The position numbers were made by a program, and so were the translations under genes. Source: Guillardia theta CCMP2712 (taxonomy: Eukaryota > Protista > Cryptophyta). From it: a DNA stretch of 64,000 bases. The notes below the pieces were generated by a model. The model ran no database searches and was not told where the DNA came from. It worked only from the letters and a program-made list of their open reading frames with translations. Below, piece after piece: positions 40,422-55,593 of the stretch; position 1 is the stretch's first letter; the number at the start of each line of letters is the position of its first letter. The stretch covers positions 514,477 to 578,476 of the forward strand of contig NW_005434624.1 of the NCBI RefSeq assembly GCF_000315625.1, given 5' to 3'.

Positions 40422-40580
40422 ATCTCCTCCAGGTCCCACAGCAGTCAGCGCGAGTAAGGATGCGACAGTGAGGGTGTGGGACCTGGAGGAGATGAAGGAG
40501 AAGGCTTATCTCCAAGGTCACAGTAGCGCTGTTACAAGTGCGCCTTGGAGATCTGTCAAGGGGTCGATGGGCTCAGTGCT
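40422..40580 (+). pseudogene. Detached fragment of the WD40 gene (last WD unit plus start of ankyrin), preceded by an inverted 19-bp piece
   Basis: 40441-40577 aligns with ~38405-38541 (AVSASKDATVRVWDLEEMKEKAYLQGHSSAVTS); 40422-40440 is the reverse complement of 40475-40493. Confidence 0.8.
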
Positions 40581-40599
40581 ACTGGCCGACCAGTAACCA

Positions 40600-41075
40600 T
40601 CTAAGTTAATCAGTCTAGCCGGCACTGCGGCAAGCTCCACTGTACCGCAGCCACGGTGTCGCCGGTCGGACTCTGGGAGGCTGAGTCACAGCAGGTTCAG
40701 TTGGCCGTACAAGTTGTTCCATGTCAGGCCGGGCTGCTGGGGTTCGTGGATCATCCGATCCCCCGGCCGGTCAGCCGCTGATACCGTGGCTCGGACTGCC
40801 TGAAGATGCACTTTGAGTAAACTGACTGATGATGCCATTCGGCCCGAGCCTCTGACGGGGCGGCGGCAGCGGCACGACGGTGGCCGGCGGCATACCAGCA
40901 TGATGCCGTGACGGCCTTCCGCGGGGTGCTGCTACACCAGTTTGAACAGCGGTGATCAGACTGCCTTGTCCTCTCCCAGTGACTCATGCCAGCAGCTCGA
41001 TCCGAGTCACGCCGCCCACACTGGGCCGGCCATGCGCCTGGCGGTCATCGAGCTTCAGCCGTAGCCAGGGGCCGG
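40600..41075. other. GC-rich intergenic island with a 12-nt terminal remnant of the dispersed element (40810-40821)
   Basis: ACTTTGAGTAAA within a GAGTC/CAGTG/CCGG-rich tract. Confidence 0.5.
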
Positions 41076-41076
41076 T

Positions 41077-41615
41077 TGTAGGGATTGACGATCCTGATGA
41101 TATACTTTGACTCCATGAACTTGAACCAACTTGCTAACCGGTGGCAAGCAAGCAACAGGAACCTCAACACAACCGCGCTCGCTGAACGTATAGAAAGTTA
41201 GGATAGATTTAGGATCCAACCGACAGGATAAATAAGCTATTTAACTGAAGTTTCCGCAACCGCTTTTAAGTAACTCCTATCATTACACTCCCGAGCACAT
41301 CATCACCTGAGAAACATCTCGATGAACTTCGCTGCATTAGGAATTAGAATTAGTCACATTAAACTCACTCATCAATTGACGAAGAAACGGCTTTTTCAAT
41401 TCACGGAAGGACAACCAAGAATCAGACGCAGGATTGTCATACCCTTTCCATCTGATCAAGTATTGCACACGACGACCTTTCCCACGTCGTGCTAAGATTT
41501 GATCCACTTCATAAAATTCACCATCTGAATGCACAATAGGATCAGGTGGTGCAACTTTATTGTTGAAACACTCGTCACGAAGATGATACGGTCGAAGCTT
41601 CGAAACGTTGAACAC
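41077..41615 (-). mobile_element. Ty3/Gypsy chromovirus 3' remnant: integrase tail with chromodomain plus probable 3' LTR (41077-41287)
   Basis: VFNVSKLRPY...PPDP...YEVDQILARR...QYLIRWKGY...DSWL. About 50 nt after the stop, a short purine run GGGAG precedes TGTAATGAT...ATCCCTACA (TG..CA termini, 7/9 inverted match). AT-richer than host genes. Confidence 0.75.
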
Positions 41616-41767
41616 CAAGAAACGTAGCGTCATCTTTCCGAGCAGCCCCCTTCTGGGCCGGGCAGCCTCCTACTGGGCGGCCACCAGACAGCTGTCACGG
41701 TCAGCAGCCTCCTCCAGGCTGATCTGGTCCTGGCAACTCGCATCCATCACTGAATGCAAGCCAAGAC

Positions 41768-42567
41768 TCACGGGGACTCAGGAAACTTGCTGCATGGGCC
41801 CAGTGACCGATCGACGGAAAGATCATCATCCTCGCAAGTGATGAACCAATCCAGCCAACCCTGATCGATGCTCGGCTCAGTTGCCCCCTGCGCTCTTGCC
41901 CCTAGGCTGAGCATTTCGTTTCCTCCTGACGTGCCGGTGGGTGCATCGGCCAAGGGTAAATGTATGCCAACGGGCTGCACCTTGCTGACGTCATTGCTCG
42001 CTGGTGTGCGTGTGCTGTTCTGATCACGCCTGTTGGATGAAGCAGTCTCAGATGGTTGGCCATCAAAGAAGGCTCCTTGCGGGCCCTCGCTTGGTATTAG
42101 CAGCCGATCCATATCAATTCCAAGGCCAATGCTCGAGTTGTGCCAATCGTCCTTATCCTGCGGATCAGACTCTGTAGGTTGGGCCAGCGTAACTGGCCCT
42201 CCCCCGTGCCCCCTGCTTGACGCTTCGTCGATGAAGCCGGCAGAAGCACTGCCCAGCTGCTGCGCATCAGGTTCAAGGTCGTCTGTCCCCGTGTCATTCT
42301 GAGACTTCCTTCCTCGAGAGTAAGGCCATCGGAAGATCCCAAGTTTTCGGCACGCGGATTTGAGGCTTGACAGTGAGATGCCCTAGCAAGAGGAGGTGAG
42401 AAGAGAAATCGTAGATCAGAGCTATCAGAGAACATTACCAGTTGATCCGCGGCTTCTTGCTGGCTCAGGTGGATCAAGGACTGAATGAGTGCCGGATCCA
42501 ACGACACTTCCTGCAGCGCCCCGCTGTCGCTCTTCTTTCTTGATTTTACCTTGACGGTGGAGAGCAT
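41768..42567 (-). CDS. RWP-RK domain transcription factor, copy 6 (one intron, ~42385-42437)
   Basis: IQSLIHLSQQEAADQL/GISLSSLKSACRKLGIFRWPYSR; C-terminal WLDWFITCEDDDL. Confidence 0.85.
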
Positions 42568-43224
42568 AGCCCGATATGTATGAGTGAAAGAGATCTGATG
42601 GAAGAGGTGGAAGTAGTGATATTGATGAGGTCGAGATGATATTGCAAGGGGGATCAGACAAACGAGTGCCAACCTCTCAGTTGCTTGGTTGATGTTGCAT
42701 GCTGGTACAAGTAGGATGCAGTCAGTGGAGGCAAGAGACGGCTATGGATACGTGAGGACGCGGAGGAGGAGGACGTAGGAGGGGAGAACATTTTCGAGGG
42801 GTAAAAACGAGGGTAGCAGGGTATTCTAAGGATCGAGGCCGGAAGACTCCACAAGGTACAATATTTCCTAACTGAGGCACTATACTTGGAAGCCAATGGT
42901 AGACAGCCAGTCCTCTTTACTTCTAGAGGGATTTCAAATTGGTTTGGTAACTTTGACGGTCGTTCGAATGAAAAGATCCAGTTTCGCTCTCTCATGTCCC
43001 AGTCAGTCGTACAAAAAGACACGATTTCGATGAGATGCTGACATTAAAGCCCTTCCAAGGTGTTTTATCAACAGGCAAAGTGGATACAGATACCGTGCCT
43101 CGGATATTATTTGACCATATCCGGTGGGATTTTGACCTCAGCAAAAGAGCCAGCTTAGCGCCCGTTGCATTTAAAGACAGGACAGTCACAGACCATCACA
43201 AAGTTGGCCGTTGTTGATTTAGAA

Positions 43225-43725
43225 CGGACTCGTCACACTCACGTGGCACTGTGACTTGCTGACACTTTGTGACGCCGTGACACCACGACCGGGTGCACTC
43301 AGGCTGGCCCGTCACGGTCACGTGGAACTTTGGAGCTTCGGCCCTTGAAACGCTCGTTCGGACGGTCGTGATGGTACCAATCTTCCTTTACTCAAAGTTA
43401 AGTTAAGATCAGTACCCGGTCGGACGGACCGTACCATCACGACCCGGTCCGACGGTCACTGAGTCATGGCAGTGTCAGGGTCCGGTCCCACGGAGTCCCC
43501 GGCCCTGGGGTCCCGGCCCCGAACCTGGCTCTCAGTCGTATCGGACGGTACCGTACTGACCCCGGTTGGCCGCAACGCCGGGCCGCTGCTCCGAGTCACG
43601 ACTGGCCGGGCAGTGAGTCAAATCAACCGTTGGCAAGTCAGTCGTACGGTAAACTTGAAACTTCCGGTCAGTCAACCAGTTCGGCCGGGCCCCGCCGCCG
43701 TACGGTGCCCGGCCCGCCCCAAGGA
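43225..43725. other. GC-rich intergenic island with dispersed-element copy at 43387-43415 (minus)
   Basis: TTTACTCAAAGTTAAGTTAAGATCAGTAC. Confidence 0.65.
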
Positions 43726-43759
43726 GGAAGGGCTTTAGTCAGGAGAGCAGGACGAGCAA

Positions 43760-46876
<3,117 letters not shown>

Positions 46877-47265
46877 TCAGGCTCCTCGTAGCTCGAGTGA
46901 GTAACTGAGGAAGCTGAGAGCTCGTCTGACGCCCAGCAGGTGTACATCAAGTTCTATACCAACGTTGGAGAGTATTTCCACAATTTCATCGCCTACCCCA
47001 AGGCAGGAACGGGATGAGAGGGAGTAGGAGGAGGAACGAGGAGGAACAGGAGGAGGGAGAGGAGGAGAAGCTAGAGGGGTTTTGTTTTTTGTTTGTACAG
47101 ATAGAGAATGGATGTGTATTTTTTTTTCTTTGTTGTTGTTCATCGTGTTCATTCTCTTTCAGAGCAAACCACAACATGCCTTTCGAGCCTCGAGTGCACG
47201 GGGGCAAAATGCAAAAACTGATGGGAAGAAAGAAGCAATGACGAGGGGCAGCAATTTCTCTTGGA

Positions 47266-48348
47266 TTAGAAGAGTTTGTTGAAGATGTTGTTTGAGGGCT
47301 TCTTTGCCATCTGGACCTTCAAGTACCTGAGGAGGAGGAGGAGGAAGTCAGGGAGTAGACGATGTAGACGTCGCACGTGCGATGGAGGAAGAGGAAGAGC
47401 AAGAGGTCACTGAAGACAGAGAGGAGACGTTGGAAGGAGGAGCTCTTGACATGCGATGTCAGTCACTCACTGGAGGGCGTTGGTTCCCATGGTCTTCTGG
47501 AATGCAGGACGGGAGGCGCACCTGTCCATGTACTGCGCAGACAACTTTCAGCAAGCAGCAGAGATGGGAGGAGAGGAAAGAGGAAGGAGAACGAATACTC
47601 GAGAGACACACAGATGGGAGGAAAACGAGGAGAGCAGGGTCGAGAGACAAGGTCAAAGAGGAGGGAGGACGAGAAGGAGGAAAAGGGGGTTGGGGGAAGA
47701 GAACGAGAAGGGGGAAGAGAACGAGAAGGAGGAGAGGGAGGGAGGGGGGGGGAGGACAGAATGGGGGGAGGGGAGGACAAAATTGAACAAACGGATGGGG
47801 AGCAAGAGGGTGAAGGAGGCAACGGCTGTACCTGAAGGACATTTGGGAAGCGGCTGGCATCGAAGTTGGGGTGGAACAGGGGGATGAAAAGGAGGTAGGA
47901 GGCGACTGCCCGCTAGTCAGCTGATAACATCCTCCCAGCTGCTCCTCACCTGCCACGTCCGCCACGGAGAACTGGTTGCCAACGAGGAACTCCTGCCATG
48001 CACGGTGAGATGCTCCATCGTCGACCAGCAGCCTGGAGCTCGCTGCTCCCTCAATTTTCTTGGTGATCCATTCTCGCCCTCCCGTCTCTTTCTTGTCCTT
48101 GACCTCGTTCTCGTCTCAAATCCTCTTTCTGTATTCTCTTTCTTTGCGGTTCCTCCTCGCCCTCCTCGCCCTCCTCCCGCCAACCTCGCGACGTTTCTCA
48201 CCTTCCCGTTGAGGATTGCATCCAGCTGCATCAGCACCTTGGGAGCCCGAGCCTGTCCCGGTGATCAGCAGGAAAAAGGAAAAACCGCAAACAGCACATT
48301 TCTCCTCCTCCTATTCCTCCTCATCGTCATTATCATCATCAAAATTAT

Positions 48349-48384
<36 letters not shown>

Positions 48385-48385
48385 C

Positions 48386-48420
<35 letters not shown>

Positions 48421-49437
48421 CAGCAGCAGCAGCATTTCTCCGCAAAACAGCGCACAACCTCAATATCCCGGGTGAACAAAACTCCATCCAGCTCCGCATT
48501 GGCCCACACGATCCACTTTGCGGCGTCTGCTCGCTTCTCGGGGGTATTGCTCTCCCCGTACTTGTCCGACAGGTACAGCAAGATGGCGCCGCTCTCAAAC
48601 AGCTCAACCTTATCGTCACGCAAGCCAGGAATCTACATGAAGTGACATAAGATGAAAACAACATTTCCTTCCACACCCATTCCCCCTCCCCTTCCCTTCC
48701 TCCTCCTCCTCTTCCTCCTCCTCCTCCTCCTCCTCCTCCTCCTCCTCCTCCTCCTCATAGTTGACATCATTGCACATTTTGAATGGTTTCCTCTATCATC
48801 AACAGCATACTTGACTATCACAATCACCTCCCCTATCACTTGCAATATCGCCAGCATCATCTAATCCATGACAATCTCTATCGTTGCCAACCTTGCCGAA
48901 CGGGTTCGGGTTCGACGCGCGATCCTCACTGATTATGGCAGGATTAGTCCAGCATACACAGCTACTTCCCCACAGGAGGTTGAAAAGGTCCAGAGCAAGC
49001 TACCTGTGTGTGTACTGCTTGTTGATTTCGACGAGGTACCACTCGATCAGTGGTGACCTGCTGTTTCTGTTTCCGTACAGGGTGACCTCTGAGGTCAACT
49101 GAAGAGCAGCAGGAGCATGTACAGCAGTCCTTGCATGCCTCGTGACGGGCAGGCTACGTTCGTGTGCACGCGGCTTCAGGCCGAGATGGTTGACCGGGAC
49201 GTTGAACGCAGACACCTGAAGGGCATTCAGAAGTGAAAAGGATGGAAGAGAACGAAAGGAGGATCGCACACACCCACTCCTGTACCTCGCTCGCCTCCGC
49301 TTCTGTTACCGGCCACCCTTCCTCTCCTCCTCCTTCCTTCTCTCTGTATCTCTCCCCCTCCATCTAGACATCATCGTCCAAGTTTCCTCCATCACCGTCT
49401 GCATCGCCGCCATCGCTGCGATCGTCGCCTTGAGCAT
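47266..49437 (-). CDS. Glutathione S-transferase with probable plastid-targeting presequence, multi-exon
   Basis: VTLYGNRNSRSPLIEWYL, NPFGK/IPGLRD, LFESGAILLYLSDKYG, FLVGNQFSVADVA; N-terminal extension containing VSA-FN. Confidence 0.88.
48349..48433. repeat. (AGCAGG)n/(AGC)n intronic microsatellite
   Basis: Direct reading. Confidence 0.9.
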
Positions 49438-49990
49438 GGTATTCCCTTGTATGTCGTCGGAAGGACCACATCCCCTTCCTGACCAGTTTCGGGGACTGGA
49501 CTCCCACTACTTTCTCTAGAATACCCTCGTAAAGATGTACCCCACCTGGTCTATATGGATCTTTCGCAGACCAATGGACCGGTATCTGGACCTTGACTAC
49601 CCCCCTACTGCACTTTTCCCAGCGCGATGTGGCGTGTCGAATTTCCGAACTCTATGCGTTTGAGGGAGGAGGAGAAGGGGAGGAGGAGGAGGAGGAGGAG
49701 GAGGAGGAGGAGAAGGAGGAGGAGGAGGAGGGGAGGAGAGAGGCAGGGAAGGGACAGAGGGAAGGATAGACATCTGAAGGGAGTACCGACTGAAGGAGGA
49801 GGGCAGAGCAAAACAAAAAGGAAGAGGACAGGACAGCAAGGGGAATTTGGAACGAAGGAAAAGAAAACGAGAAACTTAAGAGTAAGAGAAGGAGAAAGAG
49901 AAGGAGGAGAACTAAGAGGCGATGCAAGATAAGGACGAGAGGTGCAAGAGAGAAACAGGGGACAAGAAAAATACCTTGCAGAGGAAAGGC

Positions 49991-52478
49991 ATGACTTCGG
50001 ATAAGGACTGTCGTCCAAATGCTTTCGTGATCTGAACGTTGCGATCTCAGATGGTGGATGCCGTGCCGAAGAGCAAACTTCTGCTCTCCATAGAGTGCAA
50101 GTGAGGAGATAAGCTCACACCTGCTGTTGTCACTCACAATTGCCGTGTTGTGTTCCAGAGGGCTGCAGAACAAAGATGTCTTATCCAAGTCTGACCCAAT
50201 GTGTGTGGTGAGCTGGCAACCATGAGTCTAACGCCCCCCCTCCTAGCCCTTGACATGTGGTCACAGGTTCATAGCAAAGACCCGCAAGGTCGCTGGGTCG
50301 AGGTGAAGAGAGCGTGATGGTGATGGGAGGGGATAAGAGCGTTGTGGTTCAGGTCGCGAGGACTGAAGTCATACAGAACAACCTCAACCCCAAGTAGGGG
50401 AGGAGCAGGGGAGAGGAGCCGTCGGTTGACTCTGTCGGCAGGTTCTCGACCAAGATCGAGATCGACTTTCTGTTCGAGACCGTGCAGAATGTCAAGTTCA
50501 CAGTGTACGATATCGACTCGCCCAAGAAGAGCCTGGACCAGCAAGACTTCCTGGGATTCCACGAGACGACGCTAGGGAAGATCGTAGGGTCGAAGGGATC
50601 GTGCCTGATCGAGGCACTTGCAAGCTCTAAGGGAGCCAACGACAAGAGGTATGGCACCATCAAGATCCTTGCGGAGGAGGTACAGGGAGCGAACGACTCT
50701 CTCCGCTTCATCCTGAGTGGGACCAAACTAGCGACAAAGGACTGGCTGGGAAAGGGGGACAAGTACGTGAGGATCAAGAGGAAGCGGAAGGATGGGGCGC
50801 TGGATGTGGTGTATGAGACTGAGGTCATCAAGAACTCTAAGGACCCTGTCTGGCACGGGATCGAAATCCCCATTCAGAAGCTCAACCTGGGACAGATGGA
50901 CATGCCGATGGTCTTCGAGCTGTGGGACTGGAACGCCATGTCGAGCCACGACTTCATGGGCCAGGTGACCTGCACCGTGCAGGACCTGCTGAAAGGGACC
51001 GGTCCAGCATCTTTCCCTGTCAAGAAGAACAAGGGAAACGCCCAGGACACCAAAGATCGAGGACTCCTCAACATTACCCACGTCCAGGTCCGAGAGCATG
51101 CTCTGACCTGCTGACTTCCTGACCTGTCTGCCCAGCTGGTACACCGGCCGACGTTCTTCGAGTACGTGGCTGGGGGATGCCGCATCGACATCCTGATGGC
51201 CGTTGACTTCACTGCGTCCAACCAGGACCCGCTCAAGCCAGACTCTCTCCACTACATGAACCCGTCGGGCTTCAACCAGTACCAGCTCGCCATCGCGTCT
51301 GTTGGGGAGATCCTCGAGAAGTACAGCTCCAGCAAGCAGTTCGGGTGCTTCGGGTTCGGCGCGAAGCTGCCGGATGGTCGGGTGTCCCACTGTTTCGCCC
51401 TCAACGGCAAGGCGGATCGCCCGGAGGTCCAGGGGGTCCAGGGGATCCTCGATGCGTATGCCAAGTGTCTCAGCAGCGTCGTGCTGTACGGGCCGACCAA
51501 CTTCGCTGACATCATCACCATGGCTAACGACAAGTGCAAGAGGATCAAGCCGGGCAGCCAGGAGTACGTCGTCTTGCTGATCATCACCGACGGAGAGATC
51601 ACCGACATGGACAACACGATCGAGAAGATTATCGACTCCTGCTCCAGCCCTCTCTCCATCGTCATTGTCGGGGTCGGTGACGCAGACTTCGGCAAGATGG
51701 AGGAGCTCGATGGGGACGATCGGGTGCTGCGGTCCTCTGTATCTGGCAGGCAGGTCACCCGGGACATAGTGCAGTTCGTCGCCTTCAGGGAGTGCAACAA
51801 GAACGGAGCTGAGCTCACCAGCCGCGTCCTCGCTGAAATCCCCTCCCAGCTCACCTCCTACATGATCGCCAACAACATCCAGCCCCGTCCTCGTCCCTCT
51901 GTGGACTCAGACTGGAACCAGGTCCGTTTTCCTGTTGCTCCTTGCTCTACCTTTATTGTCCTTACTCTCTCCTCTCCTCCACTGACCTCTCCTCCTCTGA
52001 CCTCTCCTCTCTCCTCTCCTCCACTGACTTCTCCTCTCTCCTCTCCTCCACTGACCTCTCCTCTCTCCTCTCCTCCACTGACCTCTCCTCTCTCCACTCC
52101 TCCACTGACCTCTCCTCTCTCCTCTCCTCCTCTGACCTCTCCTCTCTCCTCTCTCCTCTCCTCCTCTGACCTCTCCTCCTCTGACCTCTCCTCTCTCCTC
52201 TTCTCCTCTGACCTCTCCTCCTCTGACCTCTCCTCGTCTGACCTCTTCTCTTCTCGCCTCCACTTCGTGACTTCTCTGCGCAGGTGCAGGCAGGCATGCA
52301 GAATCTCAACATAGGAGGAGGCGGTGGCTCAGCCCCTCCCCCTCCCCCCCCCGCATACTCTGCGCTGCCACCAGGATGGGAGGAGCGAGTCGACCAGAGC
52401 AGTGGCAGAGCTTACTATGTCAACCATCAGACACAGGTAGGAGGAGCAGATGATATGACCCAAGAGGGGGGGTTGATC

Positions 52479-52520
<42 letters not shown>

Positions 52521-52680
52521 TTAGTGGTGGTGATGATGACGATGACGACGAAGATGATGACGGCGGTAGTGGTGGTGGTAGTGGTGGTGACGATGATGAC
52601 TATTATGATGATGATGGAGGCGGAGAAGGGTAATCTTAACTTGATGTCTACAGACGACACAATGGGAACGACCAGTTTGA
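49991..52680 (+). CDS. Copine (C2-C2-VWA) with C-terminal Pro-rich linker and WW domain, multi-exon; start uncertain
   Basis: KDVLSKSDPMCV, FETVQNVKFTVYDID, AVDFTASN, SLHYM, YGPTNFA, LLIITDGEI, RDIVQFV; terminal LPPGWEERVDQSSGRAYYVNHQTQ/TTQWERPV-stop. Confidence 0.9.
51966..52250. repeat. Intronic minisatellite (~27-bp CT-rich unit containing CTGAC)
   Basis: Repeated CTCTCCTCTCCTCCACTGACCTCTC units. Confidence 0.85.
52479..52520. repeat. (ATG)n intronic microsatellite
   Basis: Direct reading. Confidence 0.9.
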
Positions 52681-53434
52681 TTGTAGTTTACAACTTGACA
52701 ACATCACCGGGTTGGCTTCCTCTTACATCAAATCTTAATTTAGGCACTAGAGCCTCTTAATTAGAAATACAATTACTTCAATTCAAGCCCTCAACATTGT
52801 CCAGTCGTGGTGAGAAGAAATATGGAGCTGACCAAAACTCATCCTCCTCAATTTCATCCTCCTTGTCCTCCTCGTTCTCCTCCTCGTCCTCCTCCTCGTC
52901 CTCCTCCTCGTCCTCCTCCTCCCTCCTTGCTCTTCCCCTCCTCCTCCTCCTTGTGTTCTCCCTTCCCTTTCCGAGTTCCTCGCGTACCCCCGGCCCTACC
53001 TCCTCCTTGTTTCCCTTATTTCCCTCACACCACTCGGACTGCGGCTGCAAGGAAAATATGGAGGAGAGGGAGGAGAGGCGAGGAGAGCTCAGAGCAGCGA
53101 TGTCAAACAGAAGAAGAGAAAGTATGAGGAGAGAAGAGAGGTAGGAACGAGAAGAACAAGGACAAGAAGAAAAAACAAGGATAATATGGGCTTGAAGAAT
53201 GAAAGAGAGAGGAAGGGATTGTTTTCCTCTCTAGACAGCAACTGTCTCTGACTTCTCTCAGTCAGTTTTTTTCGCTCATCAGCCACCAGCTGATCGTTTG
53301 GCTCAGGAATCCTTAGCAACTTCTCAGCTCTCACTCAGACATGCTGAGCCTCGCAACCTTTCACGCCTGACGAGGCGTGCGGGCACCAGCATGTCATAAA
53401 AGCAGGAGGCAAGAGAGGAGGGGAACCGTTGAAG

Positions 53435-55546
53435 ATGGAGCGAGGAGAGTATCGAGCAATCTTTGGGATAGGGAAGCAGACGAGGAGCAGGCTCAAGACA
53501 AGCCCCAACAGAGCTGAGCCCTCGGACTCTGCTCCCCCCGTTCCCAAACGAAGTCACCAGCACAAGACACTCGACTCTACCTCCGTCGCCTCTCACTCCG
53601 CCTCCCGCAAGTGCAGGTGGGACAAGTCGTTAGTTGAATCCCGTCCATGATGTCATGCTCCTCCTGTCAAGGTTGATCTCTGCAAGACTAGAACGTATTC
53701 TCCTGCAGGCATGGGCAGGTACCTCCCTCCTCGTCCCCTTTCTCTACCTCTACCTCTTTCTCTACCTCTACCTCTTCTCGTTCTCCCTTCCTCTGCCTCT
53801 CCCTCTGAGCTGTGTAAAACCTCTCACTATCACTCAAGATGTTCAAGCTAACGGACCTCTGATGACGATCCTCAAGGGTCTACCTACTGCTTGCCTGTGA
53901 CCAACATGACATGCAAGGAGCAGGGACCCTGCTGGAGTCCTGGAGCATCGTCAATGACGAGCTGCTACAAGAAGCTCTCGATGATGCTGAGATCTCACAA
54001 CAACAGCAGCAGATCAAACTGCAGAACCTTGACTTGATGCTTGCGCATGTACTCCAGTCTCTTGCCTTCCTCTCCCCCCGTCTTGTTTCAGGCAGCTCAG
54101 ACATATTTCAGATGGAGGCTACTGTTCCCTGCGTTGAGAAGTCACTGGAGGCGGTTGATGCGAACCTGACGAGCCGAGCAGCAAAGAGGTCAGAATGAAG
54201 TCGCTTCTCTACTGAGTATCTAACCAGCAGCAGGACGAGGGATGTTGGAGTCGATGCGGGGTGAGGGAAGCAGAGATGGTTGTAGAGGCATGACTGTGTT
54301 GTATGTAGACAAGAGAGCTCTCTTGAAGACTCGCGAACAAACGCGAAGATCATCGAGAAGATGGAGGAGGTGGAGGATGTTGATGGCTACGGAACAACCC
54401 TCATAATGTCTTGGCAGCTGATGGAGAGAAACCTGATGATGGAAGAGATGGACGACGACAGCGAAGAGTTCGTTCCTCCAGCTCATCTCAGTGACAAGAT
54501 CGAGAAGATCATGCGAGCGATCGGGAAGAAGCAGGTGCTGCGACATGGCGTGTATGTTGATGTAGCTGACATTCTCTGCAAGGCAACTGAAGTCAACGCT
54601 CAGGAAGAGGACAGCGAAAGCGATACGCAGAAAGAGGAGAAGGCAACCCTGGATCGAATGAAGTCAATCTTGGAGCAGAAGGTGGAAGCTCTGACGTTAG
54701 AGAATGTCACCCTGTGAGTTGTCACGTCCAAACGTCTCCCCTGCGATCTAAGAGTGATGTGCAGGAAGACGAGCATGGCGAGAGGTTCGAGAGCAACACG
54801 TGATGTGAACCATCTCATTGTGATTCATTGGCAGCATCCGAGCAGAACGAGGATACGGTCAGGAGGTTGCAGAACAAGATCGACCAGCTTATGGCGTAGA
54901 GCATGTCTTGCCCTGCCACCCTGTCACGTTGACTTGATTGCAGCGAAAGGTATGCGGATGACAAGATACAACACGCCAGGCTGGAGACCATCAAGGTGGG
55001 CAAGAGGCCTCCTGTCTGTGTGCTCGCTAAACCTCTACCATGGCACAGGAGCTGCAGAGTATGCTCAAGTTCAACACAGCCTTCGAGACCAAGAAAAGCT
55101 CCCTTTTCTCCCAAGTCGAGGATATGATGAGCGCTAGAGCCAGTGAACAATCCTAATCCTCCCCTTTCTTCCTCCTCTACCCTCTCCCCTCTCTTGTCCT
55201 ATCCTCTCTGTTCCTCCCTTGCTCACTCTTCCTCTCTCCCCGCGCTCTCTCTCCTCCCCTCCCCTCCCCCTCGCTCTGGATGAGGGGAGAGGATTTTAAA
55301 ACACCACCCCCCACCCCCCCTCCCTCTCTCTCGTCTTCCCCTCTGATATCTTTCCTTCTTCCAGCCTCGGACTCGCAGCCGGACTTGCAGCTGCGCATCG
55401 ACCAGCTTGAGTCTCTCAGGCAGGCGGACATGGAGTACATCGCAGAGCTCGAGGACAAGGTCATCTTCCAGAAGAAGAAGATTTTACAGCTCGAGTCGCT
55501 CCTCCTGCAGCCAAGGGCACCGGATGAAAGTCAGAGCATGCGATGA
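53435..55546 (+). CDS. Hypothetical coiled-coil protein, multi-exon
   Basis: E/Q/K-rich exons (LDRMKSILEQKVEALTLEN; LQLRIDQLESLRQADMEYIAELEDK) separated by short introns. Confidence 0.4.
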
Positions 55547-55593
55547 GACAGGCATGCTTTTTCCTTCCATCACGACTGATGTTAATCAATAAT

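Noticed and set aside
41337-41633. Stand-alone host chromodomain gene
   Set aside because: It is preceded by the VFNVSKLRPY integrase-tail motif, has no ATG start or introns, has atypical base composition and is followed by an LTR-like segment.
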